Positions 39,276-53,161 of a DNA stretch of 64,000 nucleotides are shown here, piece after piece. Both the position numbers and the translations under genes were made by a program. The DNA is from Octopus vulgaris. Its lineage: Eukaryota. The stretch is taken from positions 111,290,001 to 111,354,000 of the forward strand of contig OX597816.1 of the NCBI GenBank assembly GCA_951406725.2, written 5' to 3'. Each line of letters begins with the position of its first letter. The stretch's first letter is position 1. The notes below the pieces were generated by a model that did no database searches, was not told the DNA's origin, and worked only from the letters and a program-made list of their open reading frames with translations.

Positions 39276-40138
39276 TGTATCGGAAGTGTTTAGTGCTTCT
39301 ATATATTTGGTTGTTTAAGCTTAAATACAGCAGAATGGGCTCACCAGACCTTTTCTTTCCATTGAGTCACATGGTTCAGTGGCTTGCCAAATCAGTTGCA
39401 TGTATTGGTTGGTTACTTACTTTACAATACATGCAACTAGTTTGGCAAGCCACTAAATCATGTGACTCAATGGAAAGAAAAGGTCTGGTGAGTCCATTCT
39501 GCTGTATTTAAGCTTAAGCAACCAAACATATAAGAGCATTACACACTTCTGCTATATTACTCCCCTGCGGGTGGTCACCAATTATAATAGGGAATAGCAA
39601 AGGCTAAGATTTTAGATAAGTTGAATAAGCGATGATTTATTCCTCCCATTATAAAAATAAGATTGCCAAAAGAGAATGGTGATTATATTATAGTTGGGAA
39701 CAATGATTTAAATTACTTAAGTTCTGCTGGGTCTAGTGATGTGTCTGTGGTCTGCTGCTTGTCACAGTAACGATGAAGACTGGATAAGGCTGGTTGAAGA
39801 AAGTTGTGAGGCAGGCTGGATTTCTGGTTCATCAATGCTAGTCCAAAGAGATGTAGTGTATGTTGTCAATGGCTGCTCCCAAAGACCTAGGTAGGCAGAA
39901 TACAAAGGTTTTTATGACCTTGGGTAGGCTCCAGAGACAAAAATGGTCTTTTCACCATTGAAAACAAACTGTTGCAAACACACGATTGGACAGTTAGTAA
40001 CTGACCAATACATGCAACTAGTTTGGCAAGCCACTAGATCATGTGACTCAAGGGAAAGAAAAGGTCTGGTGAGCCCATTCTGCAGCATTTAAGCCAAATC
40101 AACCAAACATAATAAGAGCATTACACACTTCTGCTACA
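39276..40138 (-). mobile_element. Miniature LTR-type element with an extra inverted LTR copy
   Basis: Direct repeats 39425-39556 and 39992-40138; inverted copy 39276-39421. On the minus strand one repeat starts TGTAGCAGAAG and the other follows a purine tract gcaggggag. Confidence 0.6.
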
Positions 40139-40794
40139 TAGAAAATCTGCCTCAAGGATTTATGTCTAACCCATGCAACCATAGAAAAGAGATGGTGATG
40201 ATGATGATGACGACGACGTCGACGACGATGACGATGATGATGATGATGATGATGACATGTAATGTACCAGTCAAGTTGATTTAGTTGACTGGTACTTATG
40301 TATCCAATACTTCTTCAGCAGCTACATTATTTTCTATAAGGAGAGCTGCTACTCAAGCAATTATTAGAACTGAAAAACAGTGCATCCACAGAAAGAAATA
40401 TCAATAAAAGAAAAACAGTGTAATAGGAATTACTTTCAGAACATTTAAAGTGAATGAAGATGCCAGGGAGTTGTGTCTATAATCAACTTTGAAAAATGCT
40501 TAGATAGCTCAAGTTTTATTTTATTTATTTATTTATCTTATAAATCAGTTCTTTTACTTTTGTAAATAAAATTTTGACATATATTGCTATGACAAGGACA
40601 ACTGATCTGACAATGCATACCTTTATAAATTTATATAATTCGTATCAGGCATTTTTTTAAATTGCATCATTGGTTGTAGGCTTCCAATGAGATGCTCACT
40701 GAATCTGCTGCAGTTACAATGGGAAAAAAGACAAGGAAATGTATGAGCATCTCAGGCATAATAAAAACCACAAAGCATGATAGATTTCCAGTGC

Positions 40795-41181
40795 AGGAGT
40801 GACTGTGTGGTAAGTAGCTTGCTTACCAACCACATGGTTCCAGGTTCGTTCCCACTGCATGGCACCTTGGGCAAGTGTTTTCTATTATAGCCTCAGGCCG
40901 ACCAAAGCCTTGTGAGTGGATTTGGTAGACGGAAACTGAAAGAAGCCCGCCATATATATGTATATATATATGTTTTTGTGTGTGTGTTTGTCCCCCACCA
41001 TTGCTTGACAACCGATGGTGGTGTGTTTACGTCCCCGTAACTTAGCAGTTTGGCAAAAAAAGATTGATAGAATAAGTACTAGGCTTCCAAAGAATAAGTC
41101 CTGGGGTCGATTTGCTCAACTAAAGGCAGTGCTCCAGCATGGCCACAGTCAAAAGACTGAAACAAGTAAAAGTGTAAAGAG
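40795..41181 (+). mobile_element. SINE family B
   Basis: Full-length alignment to the 36844 copy. Confidence 0.9.
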
Positions 41182-43123
41182 TATCTTGTCTACTGCATTT
41201 TACTTACAAGGCTATGGAATATGATATGTGTCAAAAGTGTTGCATAGTGGAATCAAACCCAAAATCACATAAACTTGAAGCAAATTTCTTAAATACATAT
41301 TTCACTGAATACTGATGCCTAGTGTTGTCCATATTTTCTCAAGCTATCCAAAAAATCTACTTCTGCCATCCTTTCTATTTCATTAATGTAGAACCATGAG
41401 TAGATCTTCCTGAGTTGAGAAATATCTTTAGTATCTAATTGTATCTAGTCTATCTTTCTTATGAGCGTGCTTTCAAAACTTTAAGTGGCTATCATGTTAA
41501 AAAACTGTAGGGCAGTCTGTTGACAGAGATATAGCAGAGACACTGAAAAGAATAACTGACAATGCAGAGATTTTCTTACTGGCACAGTTCAAATAAGTTC
41601 CAAAACCACATCACTTTTCAGACAAAAATAGCTAATAATGGTTAAAACCTTTTTAGATTATACTGCTGAAAGATAACAAATTGTATATTTGTAACTTCTA
41701 CTATTAAATTTTATCCATTTTTTATTGATTTTACTATATTGATTATAACATGTTATTTAATTTTCCAGCAAGAAAATCTCCATGTATATGCTCTGGAAAT
41801 AGCAAACAATTTACAAACTACTATTTTGTATATTCAGAATTAACAGCTTATACATTACTATTAAAATATACATTCAAATCTAGAAGATAAATAGATGAGG
41901 TCGATAATGTCAAAAAGTCATAAACTTGTCTTGCTCACTGACTTAGAGCATAGATTTCTCCTGAAAAGTTGATATTCACCATTAGGTCACTGAGAAAGAA
42001 AAAAAAAGATGAATTCTTTATTTCTTATTAGTGAAAGATATAAAAGCCATCACCATAAAATCTCTTCCATAAAATATATTAATGATGTGATCAATGATAA
42101 TAAACAGAACTTTTGCCAAGACGATAAATATCAGTTTTGTGTAGTAGATAAAACTAAATTTGTGTCCGACACAATTTTAGTCAAGCTTTTGTCTTTGTCA
42201 CCAATCATATCATGCTGTTTTCTGGGTGAGTTTCACAGTTAAGATCTTACATCTTTTATGAAATTAATCAATCAAATATTAGTGCTACAAATCGGCTCTT
42301 TTATATCAAAATATAAACATTATTAACAAACCAGAAAATATATTATTTATATTCATTTTGTTAAGGTTTCTGAAAGCACTTTAACAATTCAGTATTTTTG
42401 TTGAATGTTTAAATAGAATAATTTTAGTTTAGTTGTTTTCTTTAATATGAAATAAAGATAACTAAAATATCTTGTGTTTTGTATTTTATACATTGTTTGC
42501 ACTTTATTTAGAGAAATTGTCATATACAAAATATTTGAATCTGGATAAAATGGGACATATTAACAATGCAGGTAAAAGAGGCAGAAGAAAAGGAAAATCA
42601 ATTCTCTGAATAATAAATCTCCTTGATTTATGTTGTCTACAATAGCACACCTTTATCTTAAATAGATAAACGCAGTTAAATTTTATTAGAGAAGAATTGT
42701 CTGTATTAGCATTGCATAAATCAAAGGTTTGTATTGAGAAGATTCAACTGTACTAATTTCTAAGTTTATATTGCATGTATTTATATTTTCTATACATTTA
42801 CAATATCTCACTATGAAATATTTATGACTAATAGTCGTAATTCACGTAGGTTGGCATTAAAATATAACCATTTTCTATTCCTTCAGTTTATTTCACTTTT
42901 GTAGTAGCCTTCCTGTTACATAGCCCCTGGAAATATTTCAATATTTCAAAGTAAACTTAAAACAAAGCACATTTTCTTTCCTTCCTTCCATCAGTAATTA
43001 GATGTTTATTAAGTTCCTACTAAATTTATAGTGGGATTATTCAAAATATTTATATAATTTCTTAATATTCAGTCATCAGCTAGAAAACCCAAAATATTTA
43101 TGTTTAATTATGTGTGTGTGTGT

Positions 43124-43175
<52 letters not shown>

Positions 43176-43199
43176 ATCATCATTATCATTATCATAATC

Positions 43200-43700
43200 T
43201 AGATGACATGTCCAAGAAAGTGAATAGAAAAGTGCATAGAAAGAGAAGAATCAGCAGGAAACGATTCAAGACAGTGAGAGGGGGATATAAGCATGGGATG
43301 GAAGCAGTCAGATTGATATAGGAAATAAGTGTAGTAAATGAGTTGTGGGAAAATGACAATGATGGGAGGATATCAATTGAGAACTACTCAGTAAAGAGTG
43401 AGTGGTTGCTGGCAGTACAGAAATAGTAATACTAAACAGTTTATAGTAACAGGTTCTAATTCCATTACTTACAACAGCAGAATAATACTGTAGATAGACA
43501 GAGATGGAGAATTGAGTGATAAGGAAAGGATGGGTGGAGTTCAAGTCTCCAAGAGTGAAGAGAAGAAACTGAGAGATGCATGAAACAGAGGTGTCGGGGT
43601 CAGTGGCAAAAATGATAGCAAATATGGTTTGGGTTGTGATGAGAGGCTTAGGGAAGGAAAAGGTAAAATACAATTGTAGACTTGATAATGTCACTTAGTT
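43200..43700 (-). mobile_element. Possible degenerate LINE APE-endonuclease fragment
   Basis: FTLGDLNSTHP resembles the APE 'GDFN.HH' motif; nothing else is recognisable. Confidence 0.3.
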
Positions 43701-43839
43701 CACTGAGTGAAGGACTTAGATGTATGTATAGTGTGCATATGCATGCTTGTATAACAGCAGGTGAGTGCATACACATTTTAAAACTTTTTTCTGTGCTAGC
43801 ATAGTTGGGCAGGTTTTCTTGACCCCTGCATATCACCAA

Positions 43840-44100
43840 ATCATTTCAATCTTTTGTCATTCCCTTCTTCTCCAAATTCCATCTAATGTAAGCAATCGGC
43901 ACTTCTTTATACAAATATTCTATTCCATACAATTCCCATGGCTAAACCAATGCAGCCTTTTCTCATGCATGCTACATTGGATTTCTCTTATGTTCAGTGT
44001 TTATCTCAGCAAATTTATACTTTACCATTCAAGCACTCTAATTTTACACTTTCAGTGAATCATGCTTAGAACGTTAAGTTTCTACCATGTGAGTCTTCAA
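43840..44100 (-). mobile_element. RTE-like LINE 3' coding fragment
   Basis: Minus translation REIQCSMHEKRLHWFSHG..CIKKC resembles the RTE 'RRLRWYGHV' C-terminus. Confidence 0.5.
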
Positions 44101-44199
44101 TGCATGTAACATATTGTCGTTGATGGTTGTGGTGTTTAGCCATAGGTTATCCTTGGCTGAGCCAATGACCTATGACCAAAAATCTTCAAGATATAGAGA

Positions 44200-44418
44200 T
44201 ATTGGTTTCAAATTTTGGCTCTCGGCCACCAAGTTCTGGGGAAGGGGCTAAGTTGATTACATCAACCCCAGTGTTCAGCTGGTACTTATTTTATTGGCCC
44301 CAAGAGGATGAAAGACAAAGCCAACTTTGGCTGAATTTGAACTCAGAACATAAAGATGGACAAATGCCACTAATCATTTTGCCCGGCATGCTAACGATTC
44401 TGCCAGCTCCCCACCTTA
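44200..44418 (-). mobile_element. SINE family A monomer
   Basis: ctggtacttatttt..ggatgaaagacaaag..gaatttgaactcagaa..gccagctccccacctt. Confidence 0.8.
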
Positions 44419-47252
44419 GATACAGTTGCATTATTAGACAATTTATATAATATGAATATATAGTAATATATCTGGATGAATTCTAAATAAATGCTTGAGT
44501 TCTCCAGAATTGGTGAACTTGATGCAATAAATGCTATATTTAAATTTTTACAGGTTAACACTTGCAGGAAAGATATAGCAATCACATATTTCTATGTAGC
44601 TTTTTCATCATTTTTAAGATTGCATGGTACAATTTGAGAGACATTTGTATGCTAATTCTAACAGGTCTTATAAGCATAATGACGCTTCTCCAGTTGATAT
44701 AAATATCAATGACATACTGTATGATTGATTCAGTTATGTCTATAATTGTCCCTAATAAAAACTATCCTTGCATCTAAATCAGAAATGCGCTGTTGACCTG
44801 CTAAAAGTAACAGCCAAATCTGCTTCAAACCACATCTTGCAGGCTCAAAAGCAGCACACTAGATAACATGGCCAAGGGTGTACTGTGTCCGAAAAACAAG
44901 AGAAAATGAAATGTTCATGGTTGAAATGTTTTTGATAACAGGTCCATTCAATCCATTCAAAACAGCAGTCAATGAGACAATGAGCCTTTCTGTATGATTG
45001 CTTTTAGAAATAGGAACCAAACTCTTAGCAAACTTTTCTGCAACCTTGAAAGGAAATGCATTGGATAATGTAGTCTAGCATGTAGCGTATCACAGAAAAA
45101 TACAAGATATCCATGGCAGGAATATTTATTACTATAGGTGTTTGCCTAATCAGAGCACCTTAGAGCAAAAACAAAAAAAAAACAAACAAACAGCATCAAC
45201 ACTTATACATCAATAGTGTTAAGATAATTACTGTCAGTTAAATTTCTAATGTGCATTTAAAAGCCATAGCAGTATTAATGTAAAGAAGCTGAATAAATGA
45301 CTTGGAAAGTGTAAAAAAATATTGGTTGATCTAGTCAAGAAAGATTAGTTAAATTAGATTAAACAACATCTGTTTGGTCAAAAATAGTTGCAAGTTATTG
45401 TCTGGTGAAATTGGGATTAGTCATAGGAAAATAAAGACATTAAGTAGATAATATATTGTGTATGATCTTGAAGATCTAGTGATTATAAAAGAACTAAGTG
45501 TAATTGCAACTAAGTGTAATTGAAGCCAAAGCTGTCTTGACCATGATTTTTAGTACCAGTACCTACCACGAACTGGTGTTTACATTAGTGATTACTATTC
45601 TCTCTCTTTACCAAATCTATGATATATTTTTTAATGTTTAAGTCAGAAAAATTAAAGAAAGCAGTGCTTATAACACTTCACAGGGCAATTGAAACTGGCA
45701 GTAGAAAATTAGGTTGTGTGTGTGCATGCATGTGTGTGAGTGCAGGCATGCATTGTGTACATCATCATCATCGTTTTATTCCAACTTTTCATGCTTGCAT
45801 GGCTTGGACATGTTGTCACAGTACAGTGTGAGTTCATTTCTTTTCGGGAGCTACTGTTCTCACAGACTGGTACTTATACTTGTCATGTGGGTTGGTTTCT
45901 ACAGTTGGACGCCCTTCTTATCAATTACCACTTTACAGAGTCTACTGGGCACATTTTCTTGTGGCACCAATACTGAAAATATTGATAAGTCCTTGACAAG
46001 ACAGGACTAGTACGACCTCACAACTCTACACTTGCTCCATTCATTTGGGAACTACTTTACAGTATGCAGTGAATGTATTTTTATGGTACCAATCATGGAG
46101 AATTTCTCCAACTGACTAATTACTTAAGACAAGAAGAGACAGGGCACCAGCACAAGAAGGGTTTACCTTGTGCACAGAGTTTGTACAGAATACTCAGTAA
46201 CATAAGATGTGTGGACAAAGGATCAAAATAGGAGATAGTTTGATGACAGCAGGAATGGTTGGGTGAGAGGGTTAATATTGTAAGTGTTAATAACCTAATG
46301 CATGTAGATTCGCTCATATTACTAAGAGGAGACAGAGAAATTGTGGCAGAAAAACCAGAATGGTTGGTTAAAAAGAGTAAGAGAACGATGAATAAGGCAG
46401 GTATATTGGTGTGGTGTAGGGAGGAGAGTAACCAACAATATCAAAGGTGGATAAAGGTAAGTGTAGCTGATGTGTGTGAAACAGAAGTAACCCAGAGAAG
46501 AGGGAGCTGAATTACTAAGCAGCATTGATCATCTTGCAATAATTGTTGAAGAAGGCATCATTCAACTGATTGTGGTTTCTATAACAATCTATCAAGGAAG
46601 ACAGGCACATATCTTCAGCTACACATTCTAACAGATACAATGAAATGCTAGTAGCAGATGAATTCGATAATCTTTGAGTGACAAATATTTGGATGGAGAA
46701 TGTCAATTGAATATTATTATCCTTTCTTATTTTAGTTTTATATTCAATCTCAGATTTGAATATGTAGTGGAAATAATGAGAATTTTAGCAAAACGAGAAA
46801 GGCTATGAGTAAAGGGAAATGAAGATTCAATATTTCTTTTCATTTTCAGAATAGTGAAATGCATAATTATGTTGAAGTTATGAAAGTTATAACGCAAAAA
46901 CATATAAAGTTAGAATTTAATGTAGCTAATCGATATTTTTCATCTATCAGAAATACTAAGAAGTTAACATAACTCACAAGGATGGAGAAATTTATTTCAT
47001 CATAAAAATGCTGGCAATGAGTAATTAGAGAGCCATTATATCTCCATAAATTGAATGAAGTAAACATTTCTCTTCTAACTAGCTAACATTTACAATTTGA
47101 TAAAGTTCCTGATAAAATACCATAAAAAGTGGGCTTATTTGTGGCCTCATTTCTAATACAGAATGTTAATCATAATTTTCATCGTTTCATAAAATATAAT
47201 TAGAAAGAGACTGAAACTTAGAAATATACACATACTCAAAAATACATGCATG

Positions 47253-47295
<43 letters not shown>

Positions 47296-47415
47296 GCATC
47301 CATAAATACATACATACATTCATGCATACATGCATACATACATACGTACATACGTACATACGTACATACATACATACATACATACATACATACATACATA
47401 CATACATACATACAT

Positions 47416-47980
47416 AGTAGAATAATGAATGGAATGAGAAATAAGGAAAGCTTTTAACAATGCAGAATTTTATTTTTTTTAAAATCTTTTATATTTCAGG
47501 TACAAAGGCCTATCTTCAGAAGAATACAGTCAAAGAAATGCTTATTTACATAGATCCTGCCATTTTGGATAGTCCAGTGCTTGTAGTAGTAGCAGAAGCT
47601 TCTGAAATGCCATAGAAGTCACGTTGGGAACAGTAAAGACAGGCTGTAGGTTGGCATCAGTGATGGTGAAGGCAGTATGAAGACATCATCCTCAACAAAT
47701 GCCTTCACCAACACTGCTGCCAATCGATAGCCAGTCTTCATTCACAGCACCACTGTCCCTAATCTAATCTCTGCAACACCAACTACACCAGCATTTGGGG
47801 AGCTGTTGCAACTAGCAAAATCACCACACTGTCCAAAATGGTAGGACCTACGTAAATACACATTTCTTTGAATAAATTTCTTCTGAATATAGGCCTTTGC
47901 ACTCAAAGTATGAAGGTTCTTTTAGACTTTATGTATTGTTAGAAACCTTCATTATTTCTCCTTTCATTCATTATTCTGCT
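47416..47980. mobile_element. Old fold-back PLE 3'/pseudo-LTR palindrome with hammerhead remnant
   Basis: 47416-47674 aligns, with substitutions and indels, to the reverse complement of 47700-47980; ~25-nt spacer. Minus-strand CTGAAGA..cctGAAA at 47484-47525. Confidence 0.7.
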
Positions 47981-48014
47981 TCTGTTCAAAAATGCTCTAA
48001 ACAAATTACAATGT

Positions 48015-48399
48015 TCTGTGTGGTAAGAAGCTTGCTTCCCAACTGCATGTTTATGGGTTCAGTCCCAATGCATGGCTCCTTGGGCAAGTGTCTCCTATTT
48101 TAGCCTCGGGCTGACCAACACCTTGTTAGTGGATTTGGTAGATAGAAGCTGAAATAAGCCCATCGTGTATAGATATGTATTTATTTATGTATGTGTATGT
48201 CTGTTTGTCCCCTGCCATCGCTTGACAACCAATGCTGGTGTGTTTACATCCATGAAACTTAGTGGTTTGACAAAAGCGACTGATAGAATAAGTACTAGGC
48301 TTACAAAGAATAAGTCTTGGGCTTGATTTCTTCGACTAACGGTGGTACTCCAGCATGGCCATTGTCATATGACTGAAACAAGCAACAAAGTAAAAGAGT
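48015..48399 (+). mobile_element. SINE family B
   Basis: Alignment to other family B copies. Confidence 0.85.
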
Positions 48400-48527
48400 G
48401 TTCCTTTCTGTCGAAGAGCATAGGCTCGAAATGTAAAAGACATTCACACTTCCCAAGCATTAAACTAATACATCTGTTTGTTGTTTATACACCTGTCTTT
48501 GTCTTTTGTTGTTTTGTAAATTCCCAC

Positions 48528-48530
<3 letters not shown>
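48400..48530 (+). mobile_element. Short PLE pseudo-LTR fragment with degenerate hammerhead, ending in (TA)n
   Basis: cttt CTGTCGA a gagc atag gctc GAAA TG TA aaag. The 3' part matches the reverse complement of 4205-4285. Confidence 0.55.
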
Positions 48531-48572
<42 letters not shown>

Positions 48573-48824
48573 AAAGTAAGAAGAAAAAAGGGAAAAATGC
48601 ACAATGGATATCAAAAAAATAAAGGCTTTTTTTATGAATAGTAACGATAAATATATACAATTAGATGAACTGAGCTAGAATTAAGAGAATAAAAGTCATT
48701 ATTATGAATTGTTAAAGGGATTCAAAGTCATACCGGTTCTGTCAATTACTGTTCACTGGCTTTGAATGCACACCGATTACCAAACGATGTTGGGTCAACT
48801 AGTCCCTGAGTAAAATGATTATGT

Positions 48825-49120
48825 GTAAGGGATGGACACCAATACTCGTGAACGAAAATTCCTTGAACTCAGATAAATACTAACCAAGACACAACCCAAC
48901 ATCTTTAATAAATGATGGGATTAAATGAGTAAAGCAAATAGACATGTAAACATTAAGGGAAGTCAACCAAAATACTCCACCAGACTTTAAAACATTTCCA
49001 TTCATCTCCTCACATAACCCTAGAAACAATGAAGCCTTCAGCATTTATCATCCAAAATCCACCATTCTCACTGGAGATAAACTAATGAACAAAATTTTAG
49101 GCTCACACAAAAATTATAAC
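48825..49120 (+). mobile_element. Degenerate PLE RT-thumb/linker coding fragment
   Basis: Translation LINDGIK*VKQID..TFPFISSHNPRNNEAF resembles the PLE post-RT 'PF..T.NP' linker. Confidence 0.5.
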
Positions 49121-49511
49121 ATATAGATACGAGGCATGTTACTTATTGCCTCGTCACTATATGTGATGTCTGGTATCCTGCTGACAAAGCAACACCAGGT
49201 GTAAATTAAAATTATTTATTTTAATTTAATTTATATAAGATTGCAGAAACTATGTATAGTCCAGGAAAAATAGGGTAAATGTTTTTTTTTATTTTTCATT
49301 CCCTTTCAGAAGTGCAACTATTAGTGGCTTGGAGTTATAACTGCTCTTTCTAGTGAGTCGGATGTCCTATTATTGGTCATCTCTTATGTGTTTAAATGTA
49401 CACTGTATTTTTCTATGAATAATATATAGTCTATTGACTATTCTTTCTTTCACGCTAGACCACTGGTAACAAAAGAATATTTCTATAAATAATTTTTGCT
49501 AGCCTAGGATT

Positions 49512-49567
<56 letters not shown>

Positions 49568-49607
49568 CACACAGACACATATACACATACACTTGCACAT
49601 ATATACT

Positions 49608-49639
<32 letters not shown>

Positions 49640-50526
49640 TGTGTGCTTAACACTATAAAATCATTGACACTTATGTTATGTGCATGTGTTCTCCTTACAG
49701 CAGTGGTGACAGTGGAACAATGATTATGACTACAATAACAGTGACTCTGTGTATCAAATGATTGTTGATATCTGAGTATTTTGAAAATCTCCTTGCAAGT
49801 ATATTATCTTAACTCATACAAACAAGGTTACGCATGATATCTAAAATATAAAACCGTTTTCTGTATAAAAGTGTACATGGTTTGAATATTTAATAGACAA
49901 ACACATATTGAAGAATAAGAAGACAAACAAACATCTTTTAGGAGAATTTGAGTGTAGTCAGTCAAAAAATTGGTTTAAAATCTGGAAATCAAGAAAATTG
50001 GTGATAGGCTATGTCAGCAGCAATTAGTCTACAGGGGAGTTCGTAGAAGAGTTCAATAAGTTCAAATGCCATGAGGAGTGAAGAATCAAAGTATTGATTG
50101 CAAAGCTTTAATAAGTAAGCAAGGAAAAAGATTGAATGTCTCTTAATTGCTTTTCTTAACTGAAGAGGACAGCTATTGCTAAACATTAAACAAAAATAGA
50201 AATAATTGTTGTTTGTTATAAATGAAATAATAAAATAAAATTTAAAATATATCGTATTAAAATCAATAGTAATGAATAGAGTAGAAAAAATAATTACAAA
50301 TCAACAATCTCGGCAAAATCTTGGAAACGAATAATGTACAAAAAAATTCAGCAAGCAAACACTGAATGCAGAGATTCAGATGCAAATAATTGCTACTATA
50401 AAAATGGCCTCAACTAGTAGTTAACGTAGATTTACTGGACCGTTAACCAAATAAATAGAGGAACAAAGAGAGAGTAAAGAGTTCATAAAGAAAATAGTCT
50501 CTACAACACCATTGTTCATTATTTTC

Positions 50527-50577
<51 letters not shown>

Positions 50578-51149
50578 CACATTAATATATTGTTATGGCA
50601 AGTTAATAGTGCAATGGCCATCCTGCCTTGTCAGGGTTCTAAAATGCAACCCCTCTTCTGAAATAGAATTAGACAAGATAATTAACTCAAATTGCTTGAG
50701 CACTAATGTGTAATCTCAGAATCTTAATTTTTATCATATTTTGTTGTGCTTTAGATCCAGCTCATCTGTCAACAAAACAAATCTGTGAGCTATAGCATAT
50801 TAGTTGTGACCATCGCACTTTATGTTTTCTTTTGATTGTGTATAGTGCATTTACAATAACATTATTTGATGTGTCTTTCAATTTTAGAAACAAACGATTG
50901 ACCTTACAGAACCTCCTTCATTTATTAGTCATTGGAGGTGAAGCAGTGAAACAAAAGAGCAGGATCATAACAATTTTAGAGTATTTATTTCTATCTTCCT
51001 ACATTCTGAACACCAATTCTGCCAGGGGGAGTTTTTCTATCATTATTCCAAAGACAACGTGACAATTACTGAACATATGTTGAGAATTTATTGTTTCACT
51101 TTGTACAAATGTAAAGAACTCTTATTCTTAACGATATTGTAATATTCCT

Positions 51150-51365
51150 CAAGGTAGCAAGCTGGCAGAAGCATTAGAATGCTGGGTAAAATGCTTAGCA
51201 GCCTTTCGTTCATCTTGATTTTCTAAGTTCAAATGTCACTGATGTTGACTTTGACTTTCATCATTTCAGGGTAGATAAAATAAGAACCAGGTGAACACTG
51301 AGGTCGATGTAATCGACTTGATCTCTTCCCAAATGTGTTGGCTTTGTGCCAAAATTTGAAATCAA
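51150..51365 (+). mobile_element. SINE family A monomer
   Basis: aaggtagcaagctggcagaa..gttgactttgactttcatc..gtcgatgtaatcgact. Confidence 0.8.
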
Positions 51366-51463
51366 TATTGTAGTATTCCTCTGACTGGCATTAGGAACAT
51401 CCTAAATAGAATTCTTGATGATCATGTTTGAGTTTCAAGCTGCCACTGGTCTTTTTACCTTTG

Positions 51464-51663
51464 ATCATTTACTTGTTTCAGTCATTAGACTGTGGTCATG
51501 CTGGGGCACTACCTTGAAGAATTCTAGTCAAACGAATTGATCCCAGTACTTATTTTATGCTTGGTACTTATTCTATCAATTTCTTTTGTTGAACCTCTAA
51601 GTCACAGGGACCTAAACACACCAGCACTAGTTGTCAAGCAGAGGTGGAGGACAAATATGGACA

Positions 51664-51670
<7 letters not shown>
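51464..51670 (-). mobile_element. SINE family B 3' half (split by the PLE insertion)
   Basis: tttacttgtttcagtcatt..gtggtcatgctgg..ttgtcaagc is the reverse complement of the family B tail. Confidence 0.75.
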
Positions 51671-51704
<34 letters not shown>

Positions 51705-51891
51705 GAGTGTATTTTACCTTGTTAACAATTAACACGGATAAATGAATGAATAGTTACCAGGGCAGCAAAATCTCACAAGTAAAGATGTTGTAACTCCTTG
51801 TTTATAAAGGTTGAAACTTCGTGTTTACGTTGAATATTTGAATAATAGGAATAAAAAATGGAGTCAACGCAGGTTTAAACAAGTATTTTTT

Positions 51892-51976
51892 CTTTCTACA
51901 TATGTTTTAAAACTTCCACTGATACTTATTCAAAAGAATAAAAGGTATAAACAATGCAATCTTCTCTTCGGGAAAG
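51892..51976 (-). ncRNA. Hammerhead ribozyme, left-arm copy (G12>A, probably inactive)
   Basis: Mirror of 54155-54239, but reads AAAAC instead of GAAAC. Confidence 0.6.
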
Positions 51977-52179
51977 TGAAAAAACGAAACTTGTCAATAC
52001 GACATTTTAGCAAAAAATGATGGATTCGTATAGCGATAGACAGAACGCTATTGATATTGTTTAAAAAAAACGTTATATGATATAACGTCGTAAGTAGCTA
52101 ACAGAAAGAGTAGGGATATTAATAGTGAATGTTAAATATAAAGGAAATTAAAGTCTAAACTATATATAATGATAGAGAC

Positions 52180-53080
52180 TACTTATATGCACTAAAAGTA
52201 TGTTTTTGCCAATGCTTACATCTGTATGCTCGTTCTATAACCGTGTTTACTAGAGTATTTTTAGAAAAAATAATGAAAAATAGCTCAGAATTGCAGAGAA
52301 GACAGAATTTCTTGCCTTTGTCATATGGTATCGAAATTGAGAGGATCAACCATTCCAAATGAAATTGTTCATTGTGGTCTTTTAAATTCCAAATCAGTTT
52401 GCTGAGACCGGTACTATTCCGTTTATTTCTATCCTCTAAATGTTGAGTAATGGATAGAAATTCTCTTAGATAACTCTAACGATGTGCTTCCAATGTAAAA
52501 TCGTACTTTATTACGAGTACTGATTATACACTGGTATATAGAATTTTTAATCTTAGAGTTACTTGACATAAATTTAATTCTATTGGGATTGACTTCAGAT
52601 ACAATAACCTTGTTATTAATATTTCTAGAGGGTTGGATGGTAGTAGCTAAATTAATGTTAGTATTAGTAAATGTATTAATATTTAACAGTTTGTTATTAT
52701 GAGAAGATATAATTTGCAAGAGATTTTTTGTGTTTGAAAAACCTATCCTAACCTTATGTGAATTAATTATAGAGTAATATCTAGAATTATTTGGAAAATT
52801 CCTAGCAATAGCTTGACGAAACAGCAGTGGGAGATTAGATTTAATTTGTCTCCCGTAAGGAATTATTAACCAAATATTTTTACTAGTATTCATAGCGTAA
52901 TTACTTTTGAAGGTGTTATATTTACTTTTAGATCGGTAATAGGGGAATAAATAAGGGTTATCTGCCTTCATTCGCTTTGTATCGGTGCGTAAGTTATGTT
53001 TGTTATCAATAATTCTTTTACGACTAGAAATCTTATCTACATTATTGAATTTACAATTAGACTGAGCAGAATCAATGTAG
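52180..53080 (-). pseudogene. Left-arm GIY-YIG ORF with a 1-bp frameshift near 52436
   Basis: Same protein as the right arm up to STFR, then G-stop (tttagaggata vs tttagggata). Confidence 0.85.
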
Positions 53081-53161
53081 AAATTCAATAATGTAGATAA
53101 GATTTCTAGTTGTAAAAGAATTATTGATAACAAACATAACTTACGCACCGATACAAAGCGA

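Noticed and set aside
47500-47840. Apparent GC-richer exon with a strong acceptor (tttcag|G) and ATG|GTAGGA donor
   Set aside because: Stops occur in all frames, and the region is explained as the interior of the 47416-47980 palindrome; the 'acceptor' is the antisense of a hammerhead GAAA.
53081-53148. Signal-peptide-like start MRKLCLLSIILLQL of ORF 52429-53148
   Set aside because: It is the antisense of the right palindrome arm read across the axis, an artefact of the inversion.
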